Positions 1 through 9,900 of a DNA stretch of 62,785 nt are shown in pieces. Source of the stretch: a virus (taxonomy: Duplodnaviria; Caudoviricetes). The notes under the pieces are model-generated. The model did no database searches. It had not been told where the DNA came from and worked only from the letters and a program-made list of their open reading frames with translations. The translations under genes and the position numbers were made by a program. The stretch's first letter is position 1, and each line of letters starts with the position of its first letter. The DNA lies in IMG/VR virus record IMGVR_UViG_3300031565_000023, positions 1 through 62,785 of that record; one strand, written 5' to 3'.

Positions 1-271
1 GGGAATGGATTTGTGGCTGCCGGGTTTTGGGTAGGCGATGTGCTTTTTGTCCAGGGGGCGACTACCTCAGCTAACGATACCGCCTGCACCGGCGCAGTAT
101 TAACTGCGGTCGCAGCCGGAACGCTCACCTTCGCAACGGCAACGGTTGATACCGGCGAAGCTGGCGCAGCCGGAACGGTAGTGGCGTGTGCCAGGGGCGG
201 ATCGCTAAAAGACAGGTTTAAAAACGGCGTTTTGAGGATCTACAGCGGATCACAGGTTGCCACACCCGATA
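1..271. repeat. Terminal direct repeat / circular assembly overlap (copy 1)
   Basis: 1-271 matches 62515-62785 except C128/T62642 and G169/A62683; the overlap falls inside a CDS. Confidence 0.95.
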
Positions 272-618
272 CTGCCGTATCCGGGACTCTGCTTCTTGAG
301 GTAACAGTATCAAGCGGTACATTTGCTCATGGCGCAGAAGCAAACGGACTTGAATTCGGCGCTGCCGCAAGTGGGGCAATCGACAAGGATACTGATGTGT
401 GGAGTGGCGTTGGCCTGGCTGCCGGGACTGCTGCCTGGTTCAGATTGTGCGCGAATCCAACCGATGCCGGTGGTGCAAGTGCTACGCTAGACAGGATTGA
501 CGGCACAGTTGGCACAAGCGGTGCGGATCTGAATATAACCAACACCACGATAGCAGTCGGCGCAACCTATACAATCGATCAGTTTCAGTTTACCTTACCA
601 TTACAGTATGGCTCTTAA
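1..618 (+). CDS. Virion structural protein, 3' part (gene starts at 62383 and spans the circular join)
   Basis: Frame continuous with MALRLSTGARNNML... at 62383; G/A/T-rich phage structural composition. Confidence 0.8.
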   Translation, partial: GNGFVAAGFWVGDVLFVQGATTSANDTACTGAVLTAVAAGTLTFATATVDTGEAGAAGTVVACARGGSLKDRFKNGVLRIYSGSQVATPDTAVSGTLLLEVTVSSGTFAHGAEANGLEFGAAASGAIDKDTDVWSGVGLAAGTAAWFRLCANPTDAGGASATLDRIDGTVGTSGADLNITNTTIAVGATYTIDQFQFTLPLQYGS

Positions 619-640
619 TCCCTAACCGGAGGCATATTGA

Positions 641-1549
641 ATGGCTGAAACTCTAGGGATTGATGCCCTGCTAAACGAAGAAGGCAAGTCTGGCTTTTCG
701 TTTATCGATGCCATCTTAATCACAACCGAACATGGCATCCTGGATGAAAACCTGCCAGATTTACAGCTTACAGCTAATATATCAGGCGGTAGGCTTGATG
801 CCAACCTTCCTGATCTTCAGCTAACCGGTCAGTTTGGCGAAAACGCCTGGACAGGAGATCGGGGGACAGAGGAATGGGGGCTTAACCTTCCGGATCTCCG
901 GCTCGATGCTACTTTTGGCGAAAGGATAGAGCTTGACGAGGACATACCAGGGCTGGAGCTTGAAGCCAGGTTCGGTTTAAGGCTTGACGATCCGGAACTT
1001 CTCCCTGATTTAAGGTTGTCTGCAAGTGCATCTTGGGAAACCTTTTTATCGCTTGATGAAAATCTCCCACAGCTTACTTTAAATGCCGGCAGATCAGGCG
1101 GTCAATGTGACGTTAGATTACCGAACCTCACTATTTCTGCAACCTTTTCCACAGACATCACGGGTGGATTAACAAAAGATCTTACCTTCCCCACCCTTTC
1201 GGCCAGTATGATTCTTCCTTATACCGGCATATTGAGCAAGGCCCTCACCTTTCCAACTATAAGCGCATCGGCAACAGGATCATACATAGGTACTCTATCG
1301 GCTAATCTGCCCGGGCTTCAAATTACCGCAACTGCCTATGTTGGTGGGGTGGGAACACTCGATGCTACTTTGCCAAATCTTCAAATTACCGCAACCGGCA
1401 TAGCAAGTGAAACAGCGACATTAGATGCGAATTTACCGGCCCTTCAGATGGGCGCTGTCGCGAGTGGGGATACGGGCGGCCAGACAGGCGGAGTCATGTC
1501 AAACAAGAATAGATTTACGGATTATGTAATGAGGTATTCAAGATGGTAA
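641..1549 (+). CDS. Putative tail-associated repeat protein (LPxL-type repeats)
   Basis: GGAGG RBS; repeated L(D/E)xNLPxLxLxA units; structural module. Confidence 0.7.
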   Translation: MAETLGIDALLNEEGKSGFSFIDAILITTEHGILDENLPDLQLTANISGGRLDANLPDLQLTGQFGENAWTGDRGTEEWGLNLPDLRLDATFGERIELDEDIPGLELEARFGLRLDDPELLPDLRLSASASWETFLSLDENLPQLTLNAGRSGGQCDVRLPNLTISATFSTDITGGLTKDLTFPTLSASMILPYTGILSKALTFPTISASATGSYIGTLSANLPGLQITATAYVGGVGTLDATLPNLQITATGIASETATLDANLPALQMGAVASGDTGGQTGGVMSNKNRFTDYVMRYSRW

Positions 1550-1773
1550 TGCCATTAGCGAAACACCGTTTCTTAGAAGTAAGATTGAATATCAGGGAGG
1601 CATTGGCGATACACAGAGTCCTAGAAAAAGCAAGGAATGTGGAAGTTAAGAGCAAGGAGGAAGATTTAGAAAAAAGATGGATGGAAAAAGGGGCAGATAA
1701 CTTGCTGCTTGCGATAACGAAAGAATTGAAAGAGTCCAAAATAAAGTTAATGGAGTATAGGTTCAATGGCTGA
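1543..1773 (+). CDS. Hypothetical protein
   Basis: Overlaps both neighbours in a tightly packed operon. Confidence 0.55.
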   Translation: MVMPLAKHRFLEVRLNIREALAIHRVLEKARNVEVKSKEEDLEKRWMEKGADNLLLAITKELKESKIKLMEYRFNG

Positions 1774-2242
1774 TGATAGGCTATGCTTGTGTATCAATGT
1801 GAGGAACAATGCACCATTTCAATATGCAAACTATAACTTCAATTCCTTTGCAACTGTGAATGGGCTGAAGATCGGTGTCAACGAAGATGGGATATATACC
1901 CTGGATGATGCGGAAAATGATGATGGAACGGAAATCTATGGTTTTTTTGAATCGGTAACAACGGACTTCGGGATTAAAAATGCCAAAAGAATGAGAAAGG
2001 GCTATGTGGGATACGAAGCAAACGGCAATCTTATCCTTAAAATTAAAGCCGATGATGAAATTGAAAGAACGTACCTCTTGAAGCCGGTAAAGAAAGGCCA
2101 GCTAGAGCATAAGGCAATAGTGCCGATGGGGAGGGATTTGAAGGGGACATATTTTATGTATCGGGTGGAGAACAAAGATGGATGTGATTTCAGCATAGAC
2201 TCCCTTGAAGTATTGCCTGTAATTTTAAGCATGGGGAGATAA
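1766..2242 (+). CDS. Putative virion/tail protein
   Basis: Operon packing; beta-rich sequence; context. Confidence 0.65.
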   Translation: MADDRLCLCINVRNNAPFQYANYNFNSFATVNGLKIGVNEDGIYTLDDAENDDGTEIYGFFESVTTDFGIKNAKRMRKGYVGYEANGNLILKIKADDEIERTYLLKPVKKGQLEHKAIVPMGRDLKGTYFMYRVENKDGCDFSIDSLEVLPVILSMGR

Positions 2243-3633
2243 TGGGAACGTACTACATATTAAAAGGTGATCTTGAAAAGGCAAGGGAGTATTTTCAATC
2301 TGCAAGAATGTTAAGAAGGCAGATGAGGGATATTAATAAGAATAATTTACCACAGATTCATGCAAAAAGAACCATGCCCGACGGAACGGTTATTAAGGCG
2401 CAAGACGTTTATGGGAAGAGCCAGATGGTGATTGATGTGCCTGTTGGTGTAGTGCAACAAGAAGCGCCGAAGGAAATCAGGATAGGGCAAAATATCGGGG
2501 GCGCATACCAAAGGCTAGTGCCGGCGATTGATGTGGATTCGGGCGTGTATAAAGATTATCTAGGATATGTAATGTGTAAAGCAGGGAACAGGCAATTTAT
2601 TGGGGGATATATAGCCTACAGCCCTTATGTGGAAAATCAGGGGGCTGAAAGACTTTGGCACTTGACAGAGCAACCTGTTGACAGAGAACTTCTTATAAGA
2701 AGGGGTGAGGCTTATAGCATGGGGGCCGAAGGGAGTGGAGCGATGAATAATTCCTTTTTGCTCTACCGAGAACTTGAACCAATCGGCTATTATAGCACTA
2801 CTTTAGAAGGGTCAAGCACAGTATCGGGACTGAACATAAGAGTATCAGAAACCCCTTATTATCACTACATTGTAGATCAAGTGCACACCGTTACTAAATG
2901 GATAACATTTTTCGACAACAATGCTTATGTTCCAATAGGTCCAATTATTGTTGGCCCATTTACTTACTCGTATCGTTATAGAGAGGATTCCTATCGCGTG
3001 ATGTGGAATTTTGACTATTATTTTGGATGGTACGAATATTCAAACTATAGCGGAATTAACATTACTCACACCTTTGAAGGATTTGGAACAGAGGACTTTG
3101 AAAGATGGGGGTTACTCTATGCTTTAAATGACATGGCTGGTAAATATCTCTATTCATGGTGGGATATTTACGGCGGGGGTACTGTTAGCGCTTTTACAAT
3201 GGGGAATTGGTATGTTCAAGTAGATGGAGGACCCCCTCATGCGCTGGATACTGCTGACTTTGAAACAATGGGCGCAAGACAACAGTTTGTACCAAACCTG
3301 TATAAATATGACGATGGGGATGGAGAAAAAACCATAATGACCTGGTTCTGGAATCCCTGGTATAACACTACAGAATACCCCTTAGAGGCAAGGTATAAAA
3401 ATAATTGGTGTGGTCTTACCCAATGGGATCAAAACAATGTTACCCTTTTCCCAACTGAGACAAATGAATATTATGCCAAAATTGACGATTTAGAAATCAA
3501 CGATGTGCAGGTATGGATTGCAAGGCAAACCAGGGTATTTGAAGAAACAACGATAGAAACAGGCGCGTTACATACAGGGCCTTTGGGTGGTACTAATATA
3601 GATTTGCCATTCCCGGCTCGAATTGGAGGATAG
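2242..3633 (+). CDS. Putative tail/receptor-binding protein
   Basis: TAATG coupling; aromatic-rich, lower-GC C-terminal region. Confidence 0.6.
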   Translation: MGTYYILKGDLEKAREYFQSARMLRRQMRDINKNNLPQIHAKRTMPDGTVIKAQDVYGKSQMVIDVPVGVVQQEAPKEIRIGQNIGGAYQRLVPAIDVDSGVYKDYLGYVMCKAGNRQFIGGYIAYSPYVENQGAERLWHLTEQPVDRELLIRRGEAYSMGAEGSGAMNNSFLLYRELEPIGYYSTTLEGSSTVSGLNIRVSETPYYHYIVDQVHTVTKWITFFDNNAYVPIGPIIVGPFTYSYRYREDSYRVMWNFDYYFGWYEYSNYSGINITHTFEGFGTEDFERWGLLYALNDMAGKYLYSWWDIYGGGTVSAFTMGNWYVQVDGGPPHALDTADFETMGARQQFVPNLYKYDDGDGEKTIMTWFWNPWYNTTEYPLEARYKNNWCGLTQWDQNNVTLFPTETNEYYAKIDDLEINDVQVWIARQTRVFEETTIETGALHTGPLGGTNIDLPFPARIGG

Positions 3634-5620
3634 AAAAATGGTAGATATTGCAACGGGAAATGAAATTACTGCCAGAGGTATCGGTTCGGACGCTAGAGAT
3701 TTAGCGCTGGGACGTTTTAATGCCGGTGAGTTTGCTGTGTTTACAGCATGGCAGCAACTTCGGGAAGCTATTGCCTGGCTACAGGAGGCAACAGAGCTTT
3801 TTGAGTTTCCGGAGATTGACATTGTGTTTGATCGCGTTCCCCTTATGGGGCTTGATGGAATGGTCCTGACAGATCCAGTACCGCCAATATTGGAAGAAAT
3901 TGAAGTTGAAACAGTTTCTTTTCCCTTTGCTCCGCCGGTAATGCCACCCCTGGTATTAGATGTTGACGATATACCGATTTTTGATGTGGTTATCCCTGCG
4001 TTCTCCATTCCAGATGCACCTGATGTAGTGTGGCCTACGCTGGACGCAACACCGCCAACAGCAACAGATATAACCATTCCAACCGCCCCGAGCATCACAT
4101 TACCGGCTCTACCCTCTCTTGATGGTGTGAGCGTTCCATCTCCCCCCGAAATTACAATGCCGACATTCGAGGGAGTTGCGCCATCGATGGACCTTACACC
4201 GCCAGAACCGGCTTTCACATGGGATGAAGCAGATTACGATAGCGATTTGATGCAGGCGTTAAGAACAAAACTCCTGACCGATCTTCAAAATGGTGGGACA
4301 GGGTTAGGGGCTGCCGTTGAACAGGCAATATGGGATCGAGCATTAGAAAGACAGGAAGTGCAGACCGAAAAGACATACAATGAAGGGTTGTACTTGTGGG
4401 CTTCAAAAGGCCACTCGTTACCACAGGGCGCACTTGTAAGCAGATTGGCAGAGATAAGGGCAAGGATAGACCAGCTCAACGAAGATCTCAATAATGATAT
4501 TCTGATCGAGCAAGCAAAGCTGGCCCAGGAATACACGATTTTAAACATTAAGGAAGTGATTAATTGGGAAAAGACCTACATGGGCCACCTGAACAATGTC
4601 CAGCAGAGAGCATTTGAAGCTGCGGTAAAAACGGTTGAAATGGCAATCTTAATTTATAATGCGAAAATCGCTGCCTACAATGCACAGCTAGAAGCATACA
4701 AAACCTATGCTCAAGTGTTTGAAGCCCGGATCAGGGCAGAGATCGCAAAGGTGGAAATCTACAAGGCCCAGGTTGAGGGCGCTAAACTATCGGTTGAGAT
4801 ACGGAAAGCGCTTATCGATGCTTATGAAGCCCAGGTTGCGGGGATCACTACTCTTATCGAGTTATATAAAGCACAGATGGAAGCCGCGAATATCCAGGCT
4901 CAATATGACAGGACAAGAATTGAAGGATACAAGGCGGTTGTGGAAGCCTACGGTATCAGGGTTGGCGCTGTTACCAGCAGATATAATGCTTATCAGGCGC
5001 AAATAGCCGGAGAAGCCGAAAAAGCCAATATGTATAAGACCCAGGTTGATGCGTATACCAGTAGGGTCGCAGCTTTTAAGGCTGGTGCGGATGTTGACCT
5101 TGCCGAAATGAGTTTAACCGTTGAGCATAATAAGGGAGAGGTTCAAACCTACCTGGCATTGATCGAGAAGTACAAGGCAGATATTCAAAGAGCGATTGCA
5201 CGGGCCGAAATGATAGCAAAAGAGGAAGGCTACAAGACAGACCGATATACCGCAGAGGTGGGAGAGTTTAGTGCAAAGGCCGATGCCCTGGTTAAGTTAT
5301 ATAATGGCAGGGTAACAGAAAGAGCAGCCGAATATGACGTGAGGATAAAAGAGGCCGACATTGAGATGAAGTCGACTGTTGCGCTTTATGAGCTGCAAGT
5401 CGAGAGCATAAGGGCTGCCGCACAGATCGCAGCGCAGATATGCGCCTCTGCCATATCATCGGCCAGTGCATCTGTTCATCTTGGGGCAAGCGAATCAAGG
5501 TCCGACTCAAGGGCTGGATCTGGCGTTAATAGTGATTCGGGAAGTAGCGTATCTGTAACTTCCAGATCTGTATCAGCTATTACTTCTGACAATGATCAAC
5601 ACATTTACCAAGAAGATTAA
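3623..5620 (+). CDS. Putative virion protein (Pro-rich N-terminal part, long Ala/Tyr coiled coil)
   Basis: 665-aa ORF; coiled-coil pattern; structural module. Confidence 0.7.
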   Translation: MEDRKMVDIATGNEITARGIGSDARDLALGRFNAGEFAVFTAWQQLREAIAWLQEATELFEFPEIDIVFDRVPLMGLDGMVLTDPVPPILEEIEVETVSFPFAPPVMPPLVLDVDDIPIFDVVIPAFSIPDAPDVVWPTLDATPPTATDITIPTAPSITLPALPSLDGVSVPSPPEITMPTFEGVAPSMDLTPPEPAFTWDEADYDSDLMQALRTKLLTDLQNGGTGLGAAVEQAIWDRALERQEVQTEKTYNEGLYLWASKGHSLPQGALVSRLAEIRARIDQLNEDLNNDILIEQAKLAQEYTILNIKEVINWEKTYMGHLNNVQQRAFEAAVKTVEMAILIYNAKIAAYNAQLEAYKTYAQVFEARIRAEIAKVEIYKAQVEGAKLSVEIRKALIDAYEAQVAGITTLIELYKAQMEAANIQAQYDRTRIEGYKAVVEAYGIRVGAVTSRYNAYQAQIAGEAEKANMYKTQVDAYTSRVAAFKAGADVDLAEMSLTVEHNKGEVQTYLALIEKYKADIQRAIARAEMIAKEEGYKTDRYTAEVGEFSAKADALVKLYNGRVTERAAEYDVRIKEADIEMKSTVALYELQVESIRAAAQIAAQICASAISSASASVHLGASESRSDSRAGSGVNSDSGSSVSVTSRSVSAITSDNDQHIYQED

Positions 5621-5634
5621 AGGGAGGCTGGCAA

Positions 5635-5853
5635 ATGTTATCTGTAGATGCAAGAAAGGCGTTATTCGGTATGCCATCATCAATCAATGCGAGATCGGTA
5701 TTGAGGGGGGTGCCGACATCCATAGACGCAAGAAGGGCGCTAGCATTTGGGGGGAGTTCGCAATCTTTCCAACCTCTCTTGAGAAGGAGAAATCTGCGGT
5801 TAGGGGTTAAGAAACAAATGGACAAATTCAGCTTGTTAAAAAACTGGAAGTAG
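5635..5853 (+). CDS. Small basic hypothetical protein
   Basis: GGGAGG RBS; three S(V/I)(D/N)AR repeats. Confidence 0.55.
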   Translation: MLSVDARKALFGMPSSINARSVLRGVPTSIDARRALAFGGSSQSFQPLLRRRNLRLGVKKQMDKFSLLKNWK

Positions 5854-5865
5854 GGAGGACTTAAA

Positions 5866-6897
5866 ATGTATGGATTGAGAGATGAAGTTTCCAGCTTCAA
5901 CAAAAACAGGATGGGTGGCTACAGGGCCAGAGTCAGGTCTTTCCTTGATCGCAGAAAAGAAGGTTACGCAGGGGTAAGGCAGAAATTAAAAGGAGTAGCC
6001 GGTTTTATGCCGGAAGTCTACAACAGAGTAACCGCTTTAGGCGGTACTAAAACCCCCGCCCCTGGCAGAGGCTTTACTCCCGGTGAAAGAATGAGGGAGA
6101 TAGCGGGGAATGTGGGATTGCCATCACCGCCCAGGGAATCTACCGTTAAGGGAATTGCCAATGCCCTCCAAACTGGCGGCAAGTCTTTCTTGAAAAGTGG
6201 TGGAAGTCCGCTTCTAGCTGCTGGCGCTACTGCCTATGAATTGGCGCAAAAACTTAAAGGAATTAGAGGACCCGCACCAGAAACATTCGCAGCAACCATG
6301 CCAGCAACCATGCCAGAGCAGGCCATAGAGCCGGATCTCCGGGCAAGGGCAGAGAAGGCAGCCGGTGGCGGTGAGTTTAAGCCGGACTTCAGCAAGCCTA
6401 ATTGGTGGAAAGATGAACGGTTGGGGGATAGAAGGCCAACCAGGGTAATACTAGGGACGGAAAGCCATTGGCAAAGCCCGATTACAGGCGGGAGCTATGC
6501 TACACCGAAAGAAGCATATGAAGGAATCGGGGTTGATGTTAGGGCGTTGGAGGCTTCAAGGGCGCATGAACTGGAATTAGAAAAGACGAAGGGCAGATAT
6601 GGTCTGCTTGAGCAAACAGCAAAGCCTTTCAAGAGATATGAGGAATTAGGATCGAGCCCAATGGGGGAGCCATCGATACTTGATACGCTAACAGGTGGCG
6701 TTTCCGCCCCCGGTATGCCCGGGGCAGCACAGGGAGGGATCCCCCAGGAGGCCATTGATTCCCTCAATTCTGTTTCTCCGGAGATTGCGCAGGCTCAACT
6801 AGCAGACATGCCACCAGAACAGCGAAAGGCTATTTTGCCACAACTTGATCCGGGGCAAGCGGAGAAAATACTAAAGATATGGAGAAGCCTTCTTTAA
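5866..6897 (+). CDS. Putative internal virion (ejection) protein
   Basis: GGAGG RBS; G/A/P-rich; directly upstream of the giant protein. Confidence 0.6.
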   Translation: MYGLRDEVSSFNKNRMGGYRARVRSFLDRRKEGYAGVRQKLKGVAGFMPEVYNRVTALGGTKTPAPGRGFTPGERMREIAGNVGLPSPPRESTVKGIANALQTGGKSFLKSGGSPLLAAGATAYELAQKLKGIRGPAPETFAATMPATMPEQAIEPDLRARAEKAAGGGEFKPDFSKPNWWKDERLGDRRPTRVILGTESHWQSPITGGSYATPKEAYEGIGVDVRALEASRAHELELEKTKGRYGLLEQTAKPFKRYEELGSSPMGEPSILDTLTGGVSAPGMPGAAQGGIPQEAIDSLNSVSPEIAQAQLADMPPEQRKAILPQLDPGQAEKILKIWRSLL

Positions 6898-6910
6898 AGG
6901 GAACTGCTAA

Positions 6911-9900
6911 ATGCCGATACCAACGAGAGAAGAAATACAGCAACTATCTGACGATCTAGCCAATAGATCAAGGAAAGCAGTAACCCCTACCCAAAAACCC
7001 GGTATCACACCGGCTGACCTTAAAGATCTTGAAAGTATCCACCAGGCAAGGTTGGTAAGAGAAAGAAAAGAAGCCATTGGGGAGAGATCTGCCATAACTG
7101 ATGCAGCTATGGGAGTAGGAAGGGGTGCGATTGATTATGCAGGGAGAATACTATTGCCAGAAGCGAGGCTTTACGAAGGTATGTTAAAACCTGGCAGAGA
7201 GCATGGCCCTGTTGGAAGATTTGCAACGAAAAGTATTGAGGCAATAGAGGATTTCAGAGCAAAAAAACCCTGGATGCAACCGAAAGAAGGGTTTGCCGGT
7301 ATGGTTTCAGAGGGGTTTGCCATGACAACCATGTCGCTAATGTCTGCGATCCCTGGTGCGCTTGCCGGTGCTGGTCTTGGCGCTTTGGGAGGAACAGCCG
7401 GAGGCCCTCTTGCCCCCCTTACCGTTCCAGCAGGGGCAGCAGCAGGGTTTGTTTTAGGTGGTGCGGTTCAATTTGGGGCAGCACAAATTGATGATTTTCT
7501 TAATCGGTCAGACAAGGCCGGAGTGCCAAGAGAAAAAAGCGAACCCATAGCGGTAGCAGCCGGTTTAGTCGAAGGCGGTCTTGAAGGATTATTTAACTGG
7601 TTATCACTTATTACTTTTGGATTATCGAAACCCCTTACAATCCCGGCTCAAGTTGCCATGAAAAAGGGAATAGGGGCAGTATTTAAAGTTGGAATTAAGC
7701 AATACGCAAAACAAGCAGCACAATTAGCATCGGTTGAGATTCCTACGGAAATCTTACAAGAAGGTATTGGGGCAGAGTTAGAACGGAAAATAGGAATAGG
7801 AGATACTAGATTTTGGGATGCAGCAAAACAGGTAATTGGACCAACTGCTGTTTCCTCTATCCTATTTACTGGTTTCTTTGGCTCTATTAACATGGTTAAT
7901 AGAAAACGTATTAAAAAAGCCCTGACAGATCCAGCCATCCCGATTGGACAAAGGAAGGAAGCAGCACTTTTAGTCGAAAATGCGGTAAAAGAAGTTAATC
8001 CAGAATTAGCCCAGGTGTGGGGGCATAACGCTTTTGTAGCCATTGAAAACGGAGAAGCAATAGAAATAGACGAATCCCTTGTGGGGGTTGAGGAAGTTGC
8101 GCCAACAGTACCAGGTGAGGAAGTGATCGAGGAAGCGCCTGCCGGTACCGGATTGTCACCCGAAGAAGAATTGGCAGCAACCGAAGAAGATATTGAGAGG
8201 ATCTATACCCCGGAACAGCTTGCAGATCTGGAAAAGGGAGTTGATAAGAAGATAGGGGATCACTTAAATGCTCTCAGCAAAAAAATTGCAAACCTTGAGA
8301 GCCTAAAAAAGAGAACGGACAAGCAGGAATCCAATCTAAAGGCATACAAGGAAGAACGAAAAACAATCATGGAGGAACAGGGCTATGATAAAGAAGGTAA
8401 AAGGAGGCTACCAGGTGGTGTCCGAGAAGGGGAAGAACCTGGGAGGCCCGTACAAGAGCGAGAAGGCGGCGAAAAAGCGATTGAAGCAGGTGGAATTTTT
8501 CAAACACAAGAAGGGGAAGAGATAGAATTGCCTGGCATCGAGTTTAGGGATGATTTGACACCGGCTGATATTGAAGATCAATGGAGTGAGATGGTTGCAA
8601 TTCAGGGCCAGCTCATTGAGAAGAACGCTCCCCGATTAGAAGAAATCGAAAAAGAGCTGGCAACACTCAAGGGCAAGCGGAAAAAACCGGATCAGGAGAA
8701 GCGGAAAGCATTAAGGGAAGAAGCTCAAGAGTTAAGAGAGGAACCGGCAGCCTTTATAGCTGGCGCTGAAAACAGCTTTATTAACGCACAGGAAGATTTT
8801 AATGATCGAGTAATTGCAAGGGCAAAGGAAAAAGGAATAGAGGATGAAGAAACTCAAGGGGAGATTGCGGAGCTTGCCGGAATGATGCTCACCGAAAGGC
8901 AGTACATCGAACAAACTTGGAACTGGCCTATAAGCAAGGTTATTGATGAAGCGATTGACGAATACACAGAAGGGGAAGCCGAAGCAGCGCCAGAGAAGCC
9001 AGCCGAGGAAGAACTGTCAGCAGAAGAAAGGAGAGATTTAGGTAAGGTTATAAAGGAAGCAGAAAAGGCAGAAGCAAAGAAAGCCAAAAAAGTAACAACC
9101 CGAAAACCCACCGAGATCAAACCCGGGGAAACCCCGCAATCTATCGTTAAAGCATTGGGCGGTATTTATATAGAAGAAGGTGGAGAGACAGAGTTTGCAA
9201 CCGTCAAAGAAGGTGGCGGTACGAATATTGGAATAGTAAATAAAAAAGGATTAACCTTTGACATGATAAGGGAGAAGTTTGTCGAAGATCCAGCAATAGG
9301 GGCAGTTACTTCAGACATGACCTTATCTGATTTCAAAGTATGGTTGAAAGACAACTGGAATAAACCTGTTACGGAGAAAGCGATTGAAAAAGCGGCAGAG
9401 GAAGAACATGCAAAAGAGATGGAAAGGCCGGAGGAAGAAGGTAAACTTGAGGAAAGGGTGATAGCTGATCTGGCCCTTGAGGAAGGGGATGTTGTCTACA
9501 CTGCTGGTGATGTCTATAAGGTTAAAAGGGTAGCCGAGGGAGAGGTAACACTCCAGGATGATTTCACCATTACCAAAGATGAATTTGACAAGATCACTCT
9601 TGAAAAGCCGGTTGTAAAGAAAGCGGCTGTTGGAGGATTACCTGCCGAAGTTAAGAAGCAGTTGAATATTAAGGTTGGCAAGAAGGAGGGGGCAGCCGAG
9701 GAAGCCAAAAAGAAAGAGCCGTGGGAGATGACGAGGGGGGAATATTTTAACGCTTCAAGATTCTATCAGTCTGGTCCGCACAAAAATTTAGAGTTGCCAG
9801 ATGGAGAGCGCATTCTTCTCCGCAAGGAATCAACCCTAAAGACTTGGCAAGAGCGCAGCGGCGATTTTGTGGCAGGAACCCATGAGGCACGAATTAAAAA

